A stretch of DNA of 64,000 nt from Pseudovirgaria hyperparasitica (lineage: Eukaryota), in assembly GCA_010093815.1 (NCBI GenBank), contig ML996565.1, one strand, 5' to 3'. This document shows positions 38,440 through 51,164 of this stretch, piece after piece. The translations under genes were made by a program, and so were the position numbers. Numbering within the stretch: position 1 is the first letter of the stretch; each line of letters begins with the position of its first letter. The notes under the pieces were generated by a model. The model searched no databases, was not told where the DNA came from, and saw only the letters and a list, made by a program, of their open reading frames with translations.

Positions 38440-39350
38440 ACACTTTCTTGCGCATTCGGACCTTTGCATCCATGTTTGGGCCATTTAAAAACTCAATGCA
38501 CATGTTTGGCGGTCTCGACCCGACTTTCTCATCTCATTCAATGTCGTATTCTTGTAGCAGCTTTGCAAAGATCAGCTTTGCTAGTCGTACAGCGTACCAC
38601 CTTCCGGGACACGCATGTCGGCCGTATCCGGAATTTAAAAATGTCATGTTTACTGTAGATGCATTGAGTTCATGTACTTCGCACTCTGTTGTGGCTAGTC
38701 TGAAGCCCCTGAAGATCAACGTATCCATGTAATTGTCTGGAGGCGGCGGTGATCACGGATTCGAATATGTTGAGAGACGACAATACCTGAGAATGATACC
38801 ATTCGTAACTAACAATTATGGATTTCAATATGTTTTCTGGGTCTTCTCTGTCCTGATATAGTATGCTGCACCATGATACGGAATTTTACCACCTGCCGCT
38901 ATACCATTGGCCATATCGTGTGTTGATAGCCTACCATTGATAAGCAACTGGAAAGTCGACATGAAGGCGGTTGCAGCTGAATTTTAACAGCCTTGTTGAA
39001 AGACCTCCGGATCGACAGCGATCTGGTGCTGGTCTGTAAGTAAATTGATCCTGTTTGAGCTTTGCGAGTCTTATGTATCAGGGATTATGACTGCATGGCG
39101 TTTAGAGAACAATTGTACAGGTAAAAATCAGGCTTATGGATTTTAGGAACATTTCTAGAGATACATATTCGACCCATAGCCACTGTCAACCATTCGAGCA
39201 AGGGTTTAATACTTCCGTCGTGTGTTGCCACGACACTAATATTATATGCGCCTAGCCTTGACAGGCCATAGACTGCAGTATTAGCGGTGTTTATACCAGT
39301 CTGATTGCAACATGGATAACTAATCGTTCTCCGGCAATGCCAGGTCATCT
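38440..39350 (-). pseudogene. Truncated, degenerate cytochrome P450 pseudogene (C-terminal half only)
   Basis: Heme motif FLNSGYGRHACPGRW (canonical F changed to S), a PERF-like TLIFRGFRL, and an in-frame TGA at 38534-36 in EYDIE*DEKVGSRPPNMCIE..PNMDAKVRMRKK (a typical P450 C-terminus). Upstream fragments GINTA.. and VATHDGSIKPLLE resemble the I/J helices. Frameshifts and stops throughout. Confidence 0.85.
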
Positions 39351-39580
39351 GAAAGCGGAAGTTCTTTGGAGGGGAGAGAGGGAGAGCAAAATATGAGAGG
39401 ACAAGCGCAGACTTGAGAGGTTGCTAGAGGGTTTGCAACAGAGGATCCTATATTGAGCAGCAATTGCATCTCTGACCGGCTTGTTGCAGTCGGCGCACAT
39501 GATGTCCAAGGACCTGGATAACTGATATGGCGATGATATAAGCAGCGATCAAGGCCACCTTTGGTAAACGACTCGTACTC

Positions 39581-41420
39581 TCAGCATATAATATCCCTAA
39601 CAACGCTCCTGGTCTCTGCACTACCCCACTTCCCATCTCCTCTTCCCGCTTTACTGACCAGACTCCTGCTCTCACTGCATATCCAGACATGCGGCCCGGT
39701 TGTCTCCTCGTCTTCACCCCGCAATTCCTCGATGATCCTCTCAATCTGTTTTGCAACGGTTGCGTTCGAGCTCAGCGTCGTGATGCCGTTTGCCCACGCG
39801 GACAGAAAGATGGATTGATTGATATCCGTCAACTGCTCCGCAACCTTCGCTGCTACGGCGGGCAGGGCTGAAAGCGTCGCAGGCAGGTCAAATGGTGGCA
39901 GCACGCGGATCGGTAAGCACAAGACCGGCGGGACATCATGGTCTGTTAAGTTTGCTAGGCGCTTAATTAAGTTGTCCTTTGTGTTCTGCGCATCATCGCA
40001 GACAAATATATTCGCTCGCGCCTTCTCGCTATCCGTGCCGATCGTGCTTACAATCTGCCTCATGCGCTGCGCTGCTTCAGTAGTGCATGTCAAATCGCGG
40101 CCCGCTAGGACTGGATACAGTGTGTTGGGCAGTAGCTGCGCACGCCTCTCGACTGCGATCTGTTGCGTGACTGCTTTTGGATACCATGGCTGTGGCTCAA
40201 CCACCATATGTGAAATATCGGACACGAGTGCGAGTAAAATGGTACAGTCGACATTCACCGTGGTCGAGAATGACCGACTCTCATCGATCATGAGCGAATG
40301 CAGAGTGGCGGCGAGCGGTGGTGTGGTAGGAATCTCATCTGCAGTTTGCACAGTACAGCCCGTCGCAACAATGCGTGAAAGTACGGCATCAACGGCAGCG
40401 TATGCACCGCGGTGCACGCGGGGAAGGACGAAAGTGATATGAGGAAGGTGTGTGTGGATGCGATTTGATTTGGCTGCACGAGAGAGGTCCGTAGCGATCT
40501 TCAAAAGAGATACCTGGTCTTCGTCGTCATCCTTAGGTTTATCAGCTTTGTTGCTGGTATTGGTATCATCGACGTCCATGTCATCATCCGAGTCTGAGTC
40601 GTTCCGCCAGCCTTGCTTGGCGAGCTCCATCAGAATCCTGTTGTCGTTGACAGTTGAGACTTTTATCCATCCGCGGCCGTTTTGTGTAACAACATCGACG
40701 AGTGCACTATGCTTCTCCCGTGACTTATTGGGTGTGGACTGTGTTTTATGACTCTGACGTCCCGCAGAATCGGACATGTTCGAATCTGGTGAAGAAGGTT
40801 CCCAATAGAACCACTTTCTGAAAGTGAGGACTTCCGACGACCGTTTCGCAGCGGACCAGAGAGTCTCATAATAAGGGAAGTTCGACGAGGAAATGTTGTG
40901 TTGGATTTTCTCAGCTCCCAGATCAGATTTTTGGAGCTGGTGTTTGTTAGGAGACGCATGACATTGATGATTGCCCGAATTGAAAAGGTTTTGAGCAACT
41001 TAACAAGTAGGGCAAAGATAACCATATAAAGAGTGGAACTGGCCAACCTACTCTCTCGAGGAAGCGAATCTCGCTCTTCAGTTCATTTCTGAATGTTCGA
41101 AACTCTACAAGTCCATCTTTCTTGTGCTCTTTCAAGTAGGATGCGAACTGCTCAAGCTCGTGTAAGAGGTTTCTACATCTCTCGAGCAAGTCCTGAGCAG
41201 CAGTAGATGCCTGCTCCTCGGCATCGCCCTCTTCATCCTCGGACTCGTCAAGTTCTAGACGTTTCAATAGTTGGCTAAGGGCATATTGCTGGGCGTCGGG
41301 AGACCGCACTGCAAATTCAAGCAAATCTTGCTTTGAGATGATATCTGGATCGACCCCAGACTGCTTCAAGAGACCAATGGCGTGTTTGATCGACTCTGAA
41401 GAAGGTTTCACAACCATCAT
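39581..41420 (-). CDS. DUF1308 / UPF0415 (C7orf25-like) protein
   Basis: Exons 41420-41052, 40936-39581 (the start codon is uncertain). SSNFPYYETLW, VDVVTQNGRGWIKVST, VNVDCTILLALVSDISH, CTTEAAQRMRQIVSTIGTDSEKARA, ITTLSSN. Confidence 0.85.
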
Positions 41421-41762
41421 GCATGCGACTTGCAAGCTGTAATCTTGCTGCTCGTATCTATCAGCCCGTCACTAAGATCAATTATAGAATGTCAAGTCAG
41501 TATACAGATCAAGGACCAATTTATTTACACAGGCTCATAAACAAGTCTCTGAATCTGTATCCTTTCTGCTTGTATTAGTCGAGGGAGTCGAGTACCAAGT
41601 CCGCGTCAAAACACCAGCGGTAAAACCTTTCCCCGAGCCACCCAGCTCCCAGGCCCCGCGAAAAGCTGCCCCACAGAGCTAGACAGCAGCTCATACTATC
41701 AACGATCACAAAAAGACAGCATTGTCCAAACCTGCCGTCCTTCAAACTTTTCCACACAAGCA

Positions 41763-42444
41763 ATGCCGCAATTCGAAACAAGCCAAGAATGGCTCACGCA
41801 GTCCAGCCTCCTCCTCCAAGCGCGCCCTACAACTGTCCGTTCGCCTCCCAAACTCCCAGTCCCAATCGCACTTAACACCCTTAATTAACACCATCACCAC
41901 CTCTAGACACGCATAACATCCAAATACAACGTCCTCTCGCCGACCAGTGCCAAAATAACAAAAAAACGCTCTAAACGACCCCTCAAAACGAACCCTGAAT
42001 CCACGACGACGACGACAACAACAGCCACTCCCCCGGAAGCACCCCTCGCCGCATTCATCCTCAAAACATATGACCCAGTATCCGGCGCATGCTTAAAGTA
42101 CAAAACCGACAAAGCCGCAGAAGTGGGGAGACTGGTGGGCTGTCTAGGGCGGCTGGGCAGGAGTATGGCTGCACTGCCGGAGATGGGAGAGGGTATGTCT
42201 GCCACCTGAGGAGAGAAAATGACCCCGCGATGGAGCCCCCATTGTTTTGCTTTTTTCGTCTTCTTCGAACGGGTGTTTGGAAGTGATACGAGCACTAATT
42301 AATGTAATAGATCAAACTCCAGATCACAAGGACGATGTGGAAGATAGACCTGAGCAGAAGAATACACCTGCGAGCGCCGTGGTGTCAACGCCGCCGCAAA
42401 CACAAGGGAGCGGTGGGAAGAAGAAGAAGAAAGGCAGGAAATGA
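41763..42444 (+). CDS. SRP21: Signal recognition particle Alu-domain subunit SRP9/Srp21 (163 aa; not recovered intact by the ORF track)
   Basis: Exons 41763-41834, 41907-42192, 42311-42444. MPQFETSQEWLTQSSLLLQARPTT-TRITSKY..FILKTYDPVSGACLKYKTDKAAEVGRL..LGRSMAALP, and a C-terminal GGKKKKKGRK. Confidence 0.92.
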
Positions 42445-42976
42445 AGTAAGGATGAGCGTGATGCAGAGAAAATAAGAAAAGCATCTTCGTCAGCGTTGGC
42501 GTGAGGTTCTAATTTGGATCGGCTTGCTACGGCATGGGGCATGGGGCGGACGGCAGTGTATTGACCATGAACTGGCGGGGGAAACGATTGAGCATAAAAT
42601 TACCAAACGCTACGGCATATACATCAACCACAACCAGGGAGACACTGAAAAGACCAGACTGCAGGATTCAGACCAAGATCAATCACGTAGAATAGGTAGG
42701 TGTACATCAGACTTCGAACAACCATGGTCCATTCAAATAATTGAGAACATGATATTACTATCTGGAATATCCCAACGCTCCACGGCCACACTACAAACAG
42801 AGGGTAATCCTGACATGAACCCCCTTGACCTATAAACGCCAATCACCCTAAGCCACAATGGCACACCCTATTAGCGATCCAGAATCAAATATATCGTAGC
42901 CTGTTTGGCATTAGAGCTCAGACGTCCATCACTAGAGCATTATACCCATACAAATTTTCATCCTTTTCTCGGCCTT

Positions 42977-44129
42977 TTAATATCTGTCGAGGTTGCTGTA
43001 GTGCTGCGCTGGTCTGGCGGGCTGATACAAGCTATTAGAGTATTCAGAGCCGTTGTCCGGTGATTTGTCCATGTTGTGGTATACGGTTCCTCGACGCTCG
43101 TCTTCGGGAAGTAGGTCCTTGACTTCCCAGTTGTTGGTCTTAGTGCTAACGCTAAACTCGAGATCCTCTTTGGTGATGGAGTCCCAATACTGTGGCAGAG
43201 TTAGATATGTGCGTTAAGAATTGTTATGTGGGTCAAACCTTGTAGACCATCATGACAGCCAGTAAATTGCAGATAGTAGCAAAGAAAAGACCATCCAAAT
43301 AGTGATTCGCATTCCGGCAGATTGCGTTGCTGGCTACGTATAGGATTATCTGGCCAGCGATGAAGAAAAAGATACCGAACGAGATATCACCGAGCGGCCA
43401 TCGGTCCTCTAGGGTATTGACGACTAGAAGAATCTGCATCACTGCGTACACAAAGACGAAGATCGCGTTGACGATGTAGGTTACAACGAACATGCCAATG
43501 GTGTTCTCTGGTCCTAGGCCAGCCACACCCTTGAACGTCAAGATTGACACAGCGCCAGAGATGAGGAACATGGCCAGCGAGCAACCACGAAGTAGCCATA
43601 CAGAGAGGAAAGTTCCATCTTCATAGAGTTGAAAGCCGACGAAGCCATTGATGAGCAGGCTTGTGCATGTCGCCGATGCCAGACCATTCTGAATGGCAGC
43701 AAAGTATGGAAACGATCCGGAGCCAGGTGGGACAACCCCCGAGTCCAGTATTAGCGATATGACTGTAAGAATCATGTAGAGATAGAAGAATGATGTTATC
43801 TCCTTGCGACCTGAAGCACGAGACGTCAGCATAACCATTACCCAATAGTGCCATCGCTCCCGAGGTCATGAGGTTTAAGTGAGGTACTTGCCAACAGCTG
43901 TGAACTTTGATCGAACGTGTATAATCATGACAGCGAGCATGATGAGAGCAATAATATGCATGGCATCCGTCGCGCCCTGGAAAATGATCGTGTTTGCCAA
44001 TTCAACCGTGCGAGCATAGCACTGAGCCTGAATGCCAGCGCGACCAGAGATGCCCGAAGGCGGTCCAACGAGCGAGCATAATGGTATCGACGCCTTTTGG
44101 CATATTGTCTGGAAGTCCCCAAAGCCCAT
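42977..44129 (-). CDS. CHS7: Chitin synthase export chaperone
   Basis: Exons 44129-43892, 43810-43239, 43189-42977; first intron is GC-AG. MGFGDF..IC....[70 protein letters not shown]. Confidence 0.96.
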
Positions 44130-44854
44130 TTCGCAGTATATATATCGTCGTCGCCTGAAACGAGGTCGTTGGCTGGAGTGATTGTCGGTGATCGGAGAAT
44201 CGGTAGAAGGCTGAGTGGGCGACAAGGCGCACGAGCAGTCGCTGGATTGGGAGAGGGAGGAGGAATGGGAAGAATATAGCGATTGCAGGCGATTTGGTGT
44301 TTTCAACGAGTGAACGGGTTATAAGGCCCAAAGGGTATTGGAAGTAGGTAATAGGACAAGGGTGGTGGTTGTTGTTAGGGTTTCGCAGCAACACAACGCA
44401 ACGCTGGACAGCCAGGGGGATTTTCGAGGATTTCCCCGGATTTTCCCCGACTGGTCGCCACACCATTTCTCGAGATGCCGATCTTGCCAGCCAAGCAAGG
44501 CCACCTAGGCAGGAGCTATCAATTAAATAGCGCCCCTCGCTTGCCAAATTTAACATATATTGTGACGTCTACCTGAATACATATGTCTGTTACGCCGCCA
44601 CATATACTAAATGAATACTGATTTACATTTATCACTATAAAGGACCATGTGCAATTGCGCCAACATATCGACCAGACACTGAAGAAGCACGCTACACAAA
44701 CCCTAGGCATAATGGTGTTGCTGCTAAATATACTCGTAATACTTTGCGAGTTGACGCAACAGAGGCATGATGATCGCCTTCAAAGTGGCTGGACTCCATC
44801 TCTCGCTGCCATATCTTCTATGTTACCAGCATACATAGGTACTGTTGTGCTAGG

Positions 44855-46117
44855 CTATACAAGTATGACGAAATACATAGCAGTCGCTATCAGAGTCACG
44901 ACAGTGTTCGGCAAAGAGCCAGTCGCCTTTTGCGACAGCCATCGGACACCTACAGCAGAAGAGTCGTATACAATCTGGTTGGGGGCATGGTCGTCGTTGC
45001 CTAGTTCGCCCCGGTCCTGAGTAAAAAAATATGTGTGAGCAGTATCATTAGCGTTGGGACCCGTGTTGTCTGGAGTAGCCGACAGAGTAGGAATCCGACA
45101 TATCTTCGAACTATCGACCACGGGACAGCTCTTCTGATATACAATCTGTCGGTCTGATGAGGAAGAGTTGAAGTATGCTTTGACATAAGAGATAGTCATG
45201 ATTGTGCTTAACTCAGGTGGACCAGCAGACCAATTGCCATCGCCATTGCTCCAGTGATTCAACACGAGATGTCCGGGACTGCTTGGGACTCCTTGATTCA
45301 TGTCGTATTGCCAATTCCCATCCACATAGAATGAGACTTTGTGCGGTGTCCAGTCGAATCGGTACTCGTGGAAAGCCTGGTCGGGTCGAAATCTAAGCGG
45401 AAGTGGTTTGAAGTATGGCGTTCTTGAGGCGTCGAATCCCATCGCAGCGGACTCTGGCGTCTGAAGGACGTAGTTCACAGTATTTTTATCGTCACTAAAT
45501 TCCTTGGACAGGAATTCCATGTCAATTTCTTGTGTATCGGTGCTGTACTAGATTCGAAGACTTAGCAACATGACTATGTCGTTGGACTGGAAGCATACCC
45601 AGAAGAAGGCACCACAGGTACCACTGTACCTGGACATCTTCATTGCAACACGAAAGCTGCCATACAACATATCTTGTCTGTCTCCCGCCAACTCTGCTGA
45701 CCCTACATTGACAGTCTGTACTTTGCTACGCACCCAAAGTTGTAGCCCGGCATCCCCACCACGTGCACTCTCCCCCGCCCAATCGTAGTTATTCTTCATG
45801 GGATTCGGAATTACATTGGCTATCGAGAAAGATTTGCCGTAAGGGCCGCGTGCATCTCGGGGACTAACTTTGTAATCCTGTGGGCGCCATCCGGTTGGAG
45901 TGTTGAGGTCTGAGATGTGTAGAAAGTCTGTCTCGTGCAAGTCGGTAAACACCGCGTGTTTTTCATCGGTAGTCGAATTCACAGAGTATCCACATTCGCA
46001 CGATGCCAGTACTGTCTCGGATGTGAGCTTGAACTGTGAATATGTGAATATGTTTCGCTCACCATTGCTAATCAGAGACGCAGTAGCAAACACGCCCAGG
46101 GTAAAAACTGAAAGCAT
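44855..46117 (-). CDS. Secreted glycoside hydrolase family 16 protein, probable GPI/TM C-terminus
   Basis: Exons 46117-46063, 46011-45599, 45547-44855. Signal peptide, CECGY, YGSFR..K...GTCGAFFWY, catalytic QEIDMEFL, FHEYRFDW, NHWSNG..WSAGPP; hydrophobic C-terminus. Confidence 0.92.
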
Positions 46118-46894
46118 AACTCCGTTGATGTGATATCAACAGGTTGGGAATGCAATCATGTAAGTGGACACCTGGTTAGAATGTTGTTGACAAAGCCCTA
46201 GAACAAATGAAAGTCGATGTCGGGCGCACTGTTTGGGCAGGGCATTGAGCGTAGATGTGTATGTGCCGCGAGGAGACCTTACGATGTCGGAAGCATTACT
46301 AGAGGTTTGAGGCAGTCGCAATTGCTTCATTTATCCAACCGATTCACCGACACCGAAGCAAATACCATGGACTAGTTGGGACGTCCATCCGTGCGTGCTT
46401 GCCTTGTTGATGTTCAACGAAATTCGAAACCATTTGAACACTCACACTTGGTTCATAATGCCTCGTCGGTAAAGAAGTGATTACATTGTGTCGGAAGGTA
46501 GCTCGGATAGAGTATTTCTCTGAACTTCATATCATGTGTAAAAGTGGTACTCAGCGTTCTCCAAGAGACGCCACACAGCCACACCTTCCTGCGTAGCTTG
46601 TAACTCATCTTCCTAGCATATAGCCTAATAGATCCGGGCTCTATATCGTGATACATAGTTGTCATGACGATATTTCGTGATCTCCAATCATCTAAGAAGT
46701 TCACAGATCAAACCTGACATGTTGAACCAAGCTAAAAGACTCTTGAAGCCGCCCATTGAACCATTTGCGCCGCCGAAGCCCCCCAATGCAAACCAATGCA
46801 AACCAATGGACAAAGGCTGCTCCTGATAACCAACAGAACGCCCGTATAATTGCAATAAAATAAATAAAATGCACGCAAACGTCGCGGGGTATCT

Positions 46895-49800
46895 TCACAG
46901 AAAACCAGATTCGGAAAGCAATCTAGAGTGAATGTCAATCAACAATACTCATGTTGGACCAATCATGCCGGATATACGTGAACCTAGCACGTACCTTGCG
47001 ATTTTCTCGTCTTCCCGTTCCCTTGGCTCTACTTGTAGACTCATCTCGTACATCTCATGTACGTCGCCTGCCGATTGCATGTTCGAAAGAATGTACTCCT
47101 GTAACTCGGGTACCGGAGCTAATGAATATTGAACGTTTTGATATTGCTGAATATCTCGAATAACCTCGGCAGTTTTGGCTCGTTTCGCAAAGTTGATTAG
47201 GTTTGTTTTCTTGATGAGAGAAGGTATACCGTCTTCAATAAACGTGAGATCGGTGAGATATACACCGAAGAACGGAATGCAAGGCGGGTTGGCTTTGTGT
47301 AAAGTCTCGCGATATTCGGCAAAGTTCTTGGTGCTGCTTATCAGGCGCTTGATACCCTCTAGGGTGGTCATCGTTCTTGCATTCACGGCATTCCATGTCC
47401 GCGTAAGGCGATGAACAGGTGCGGTGGAAAGGGCGCAAAGGATCGAGGTGACTGTCGAGAAGTTGTTCAAGGTACGACATTTCTGGTCAGTCTTAGCTGC
47501 GGGCATTAAAACATCCAGTGTATATTGCTTACCTCTGCTACGTTAACAAAGTGTTTGATGACAACTACTCGTTTCTTCACATCCTGCTGTGTCAAGATCA
47601 TTTGGGCAACCCAATTAGTCAGCCTATTCGAGTGTAGAATGAGCGCGTGCACATTGACCGCGGTCTTTGGTTCGCCATCGTCTGTCTTCTTTGTGTGCCA
47701 AATCTTGTTCAAACATTCTGCTGGTTTGACCTTTCCGTAGAGTCTTGACTCAATGATCGTAAGCTGGCGTGCAAATTCCAAGGGGTCAATGTCCAAGAAC
47801 TTTAGTTTCCGCATGTGCTTTGGCAAAATTGGTGGTGGTGTCTGTGTACTCATAGTAAGGACCATTCTCTTCGAAGGAGCGTCTTGACCTCGCAGGCGCT
47901 GCTCAACGGCTGCGATGAGTGGACCAGCACCAGGGGTACTGGTCTTCGCGACATGATCCTTTGCAAAATTGTACACGCGCTGAATCAGTACTCGAGCGTC
48001 ATCGTCATATCCCTCCATCCAATATGTATCGAACCAGGACTTGAGGATGTTGACGACTCGAAATCGAATAGGTTTTTGCTTCTTATCTACCCATGTCTGG
48101 TAGTCTTCCTGCGCCAGACCTTCAGGCGGCTGTATGCTCCATCGTTTGACAAGCATTTCAAAGAGCTCAGAAGCGGTCGTAAACGATTGATAAGTAAGTA
48201 GGAATGTGTTGTTGAATGGCGAATCGAGTCGGTCATGGCGTGTCAGCTGTTCAACTAGGGCTGTCAAAGTGCCACCTCGTAGCTGTGGTGGTGTTACTTT
48301 GGTGTCGTACGATATCTCGCCTTCGTGATCAAGTCGTAGGAATGCCGGCACCTCATCCTGAACAGGAGTAGTCATGACAGGAGCGGGAACTTCGCCGAAG
48401 AACTTCATAACTTTAGCCGGATTTGAGCCTGGATTCTTCATGGGAGCGGGTTCTGCGCCTGGTACACCCGCATGGGATTTGGCTGAGTGAGGTAGCGTTG
48501 GGCGTTTAGGGAAGGAATCGGACCTGTCTCGCACGGGTAGTTCACTATCGGTGTTGCGCCTGGGGTCCGGTCTATGGAGGTTGTCTTCTTCTGGCACTGT
48601 TGACACTAGCTGCAGCAGCAAAGCAAAGAACGATGCTGTGGTTGAGTCCAGCTCTCGAGTCACATTCCGAACAGTATCCACTCGATCCTCGATGGTGTCA
48701 TTACGCACCTCTGACCATTCGTCTGCCAAAGGAGCTGCAACTGCTTGACAAACAATGACGAGTTCCGACACCAAGTCATAAATACGCTGCTTTTGATTAC
48801 CGAATTCGGACAACTGTTGGCTGAAAGCGCTGGATGCGATGGGCGAAAGGTTGATTGACTCTATAGTAGAGATCCAGGGCCGGTAGACATCCAATACTTT
48901 CCCTGCGGCGCTGCAAATATTGTTACCCAGCACTTCATGCTCAAGTGGTTTGATTGTCTTCGATCGCACCACTAATTGATCTGCTAGTCGTCGAATGCTT
49001 TGAGAGATCATACTTCTGACGCTTCCAAGCTGCTGCAACAATCTCGTGTCTAGTCGATTCGAACTGTCATTGAACGAATCAAATTCAGAGTCTTGGTCCA
49101 TGAATGAAGAAGACGTTGGGTCACGATCGCCAATACCATTTGTTCGCCAATTGCCACCCGAATGGGTTCCGAGAACGAAACCAGGAACGATGCGGGGTAA
49201 ATTTTCTCCGCGCTGCTGTCTTGCCACTTCGACGAAGGCATAGACCCCATTCAACACACCTTCGGCCTCCTTCAGGCATTTCGTGAACGAATCAGGTGGC
49301 GGCCAGTCTGCGGCAGCAATATGGGAAGACAGAACAAGTTTTGAGAAGCGTGACATGGTTTCCCGGAAGTGTGGATACAAAGCTTTGTTGGTGGATATGA
49401 TGGAAAGATTGCCCGAATGGTTGTCTGTTGTACCGGAGCCGGCGGCCAGCAGGAGCCGCAGATGGTCAGAAATGTCTTCTGCACGCTTTACGAACTCCGA
49501 CCTGTCAGAATTGTTTATGGCTTCTCTGTATCGACTAATGGCTTTCTTCATTTCGTCCATCATCTTGTTCCATGTCAGAGGAACCGCAGCGGCTTCTTCA
49601 AAGAATTGTCGAGACGCGTTGTTAGTCGCTTGTGAGCCAAACGGTCCATGGGAGAAGGATGTCATTGCCGTTCCATTGGGAGGTAAAGTACCATGTATCG
49701 CAGAGAAGCTACCGTCAATCATGTCCCGGCTCCGCGCAGCTGCGTGCAACGAGTCCATTGATGGAGCAGGCGATATACCATCTGACTGGAACGACCTGCG

Positions 49801-50506
49801 ACGATGGGGCTACAGAACTATCGTCAATACTGAAAATGTGATATGAGTGTATGTAGGCACTTACCAGAGAGCTGTATGAGCCGCCCATCGCAGAATGTCC
49901 TTCAATATCAGAATTTGAGTTCTCGTCATCAGTATCATCAATGTTGAGACCACCAGCCATCAACTCTGGTGGGGGTCGAGTTTGCTCTGGTACATATATA
50001 TTCGTGCGATCTCGGGGCCCGTTTTCGTTCAGAGAAGAAGGATTTTCCAATGGTAGTTCCATCGTACTCTCCCCTGTGAGCGTATTGAAATAGAACAATC
50101 TGCCATCTGGTGTTGCCTGTGGAATCCAAAAAGCTGCCTCCTCTTGATCTCTACCAGATGGGCGACCTTCTATTGGGAGATGGGTAATATCGTTATCAGC
50201 CTCTGAATCCGTATCGGTGGGATAATCTCCCTCTCCTATTGCGCTAGGATCATCGTCTAGATCCGCATATCTTTCGTTCAGATCGCTTTCATTTGGTCTC
50301 GGCACGACGGCGCAATAATTGCTCGGAAACCAGCCCCTCGTGCCGTTGATCACACCGTCCCACCAACCACTTTCTAACTGTGTAATAACCTGTATAATAT
50401 CGCCTTGACGAAAGCTCAGACTCGTTCGATCATCAGCCTCGTAGTCATACAGAGCCCGAACGAACATCCCTCCCGGCGGAGCCATATTTCCAGAATAGCC
50501 ATTCAT
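46895..50506 (-). CDS. CDC25: Ras guanine-nucleotide exchange factor (SH3, WW, REM, RasGEF)
   Basis: Exons 50506-49865, 49809-47533, 47482-46995, 46922-46895. SH3 VRALYDY..SLSFRQGD..SGWWDG..GWFPSNY; WW WIPQATPDGRLFYFNTLTG; REM GGTL.ALVEQLT..FLLTY; GEF EFARQLT, LNNFS, PPCIPFFGVYLTDLTFIEDG, INFAKR; terminal RLLSESGFL*. Confidence 0.95.
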
Positions 50507-51051
50507 ATCGGCGCGAAGAGTTTCAGGAGTTGTGGGCCGCGGTCGGGATAGATCCTCTGATAAGGGTGCGTGTGCGGGATTTGCTGGCGACGCAAAGAAA
50601 TGGATGTTATGTGCGCGTGCGGCAACTGTTTAGACAATAAGTGGGCTACGGAGTAAGATTCAGACAATCTGGTCGTATGTGATATGGGTATAGGTATGCA
50701 GACGCTGCAGAGCCGTCTCGCTCGAGGTCGCAGCACCCTCAAGCGCTGGTGCTGTCGAATCAGGTCTCCTGCATAGGTGTTAAGGCAGAAGAAGCGCGTC
50801 GCTAATCAAAAGGATGGACGATAGAATGTTTGTAGAAGAATACAGCGCGTACTAGGATCGTGAGAGGGGATAGGTGGGCGGTGCTTAGTTAGGCGCTGTC
50901 GTAAGATGAGGGCTATGGAATGTGCGGGTGGGGTCTGCGGTCTGGTCTGCACAATCGCATCACGTGAGTAAAAGAAGGAGTCGCTTTTATGCTCAGCAAA
51001 CAAACCTCGACGCGCCGAATCAGCCTCCTCCGGTCATCTACATGTCAGGCC

Positions 51052-51164
51052 ATACACAGACACACACACACGCACACACACACACGCACACACACACACG
51101 CACACACACACACGCACACACACACACGCACACACACACACGCACACACACACACATACACGCA
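51052..51164. repeat. Compound (CA)n microsatellite with CG interruptions
   Basis: About 110 bp of cacacacacacg-type units, read directly. Confidence 0.95.

Noticed and set aside
40663..41046. 127-aa minus-strand ORF between the DUF1308 exons
   Set aside because: Wrong frame; the conserved SSNFPYYETLW is in the frame reached via intron 41051-40937.
42966..42978. TTCTCGGCCTTTT, identical to part of the U2 snRNA 5' end
   Set aside because: It is not followed by GGCTAAGATCAAGTGTAGTA and it overlaps the CHS7 stop codon; a chance match.
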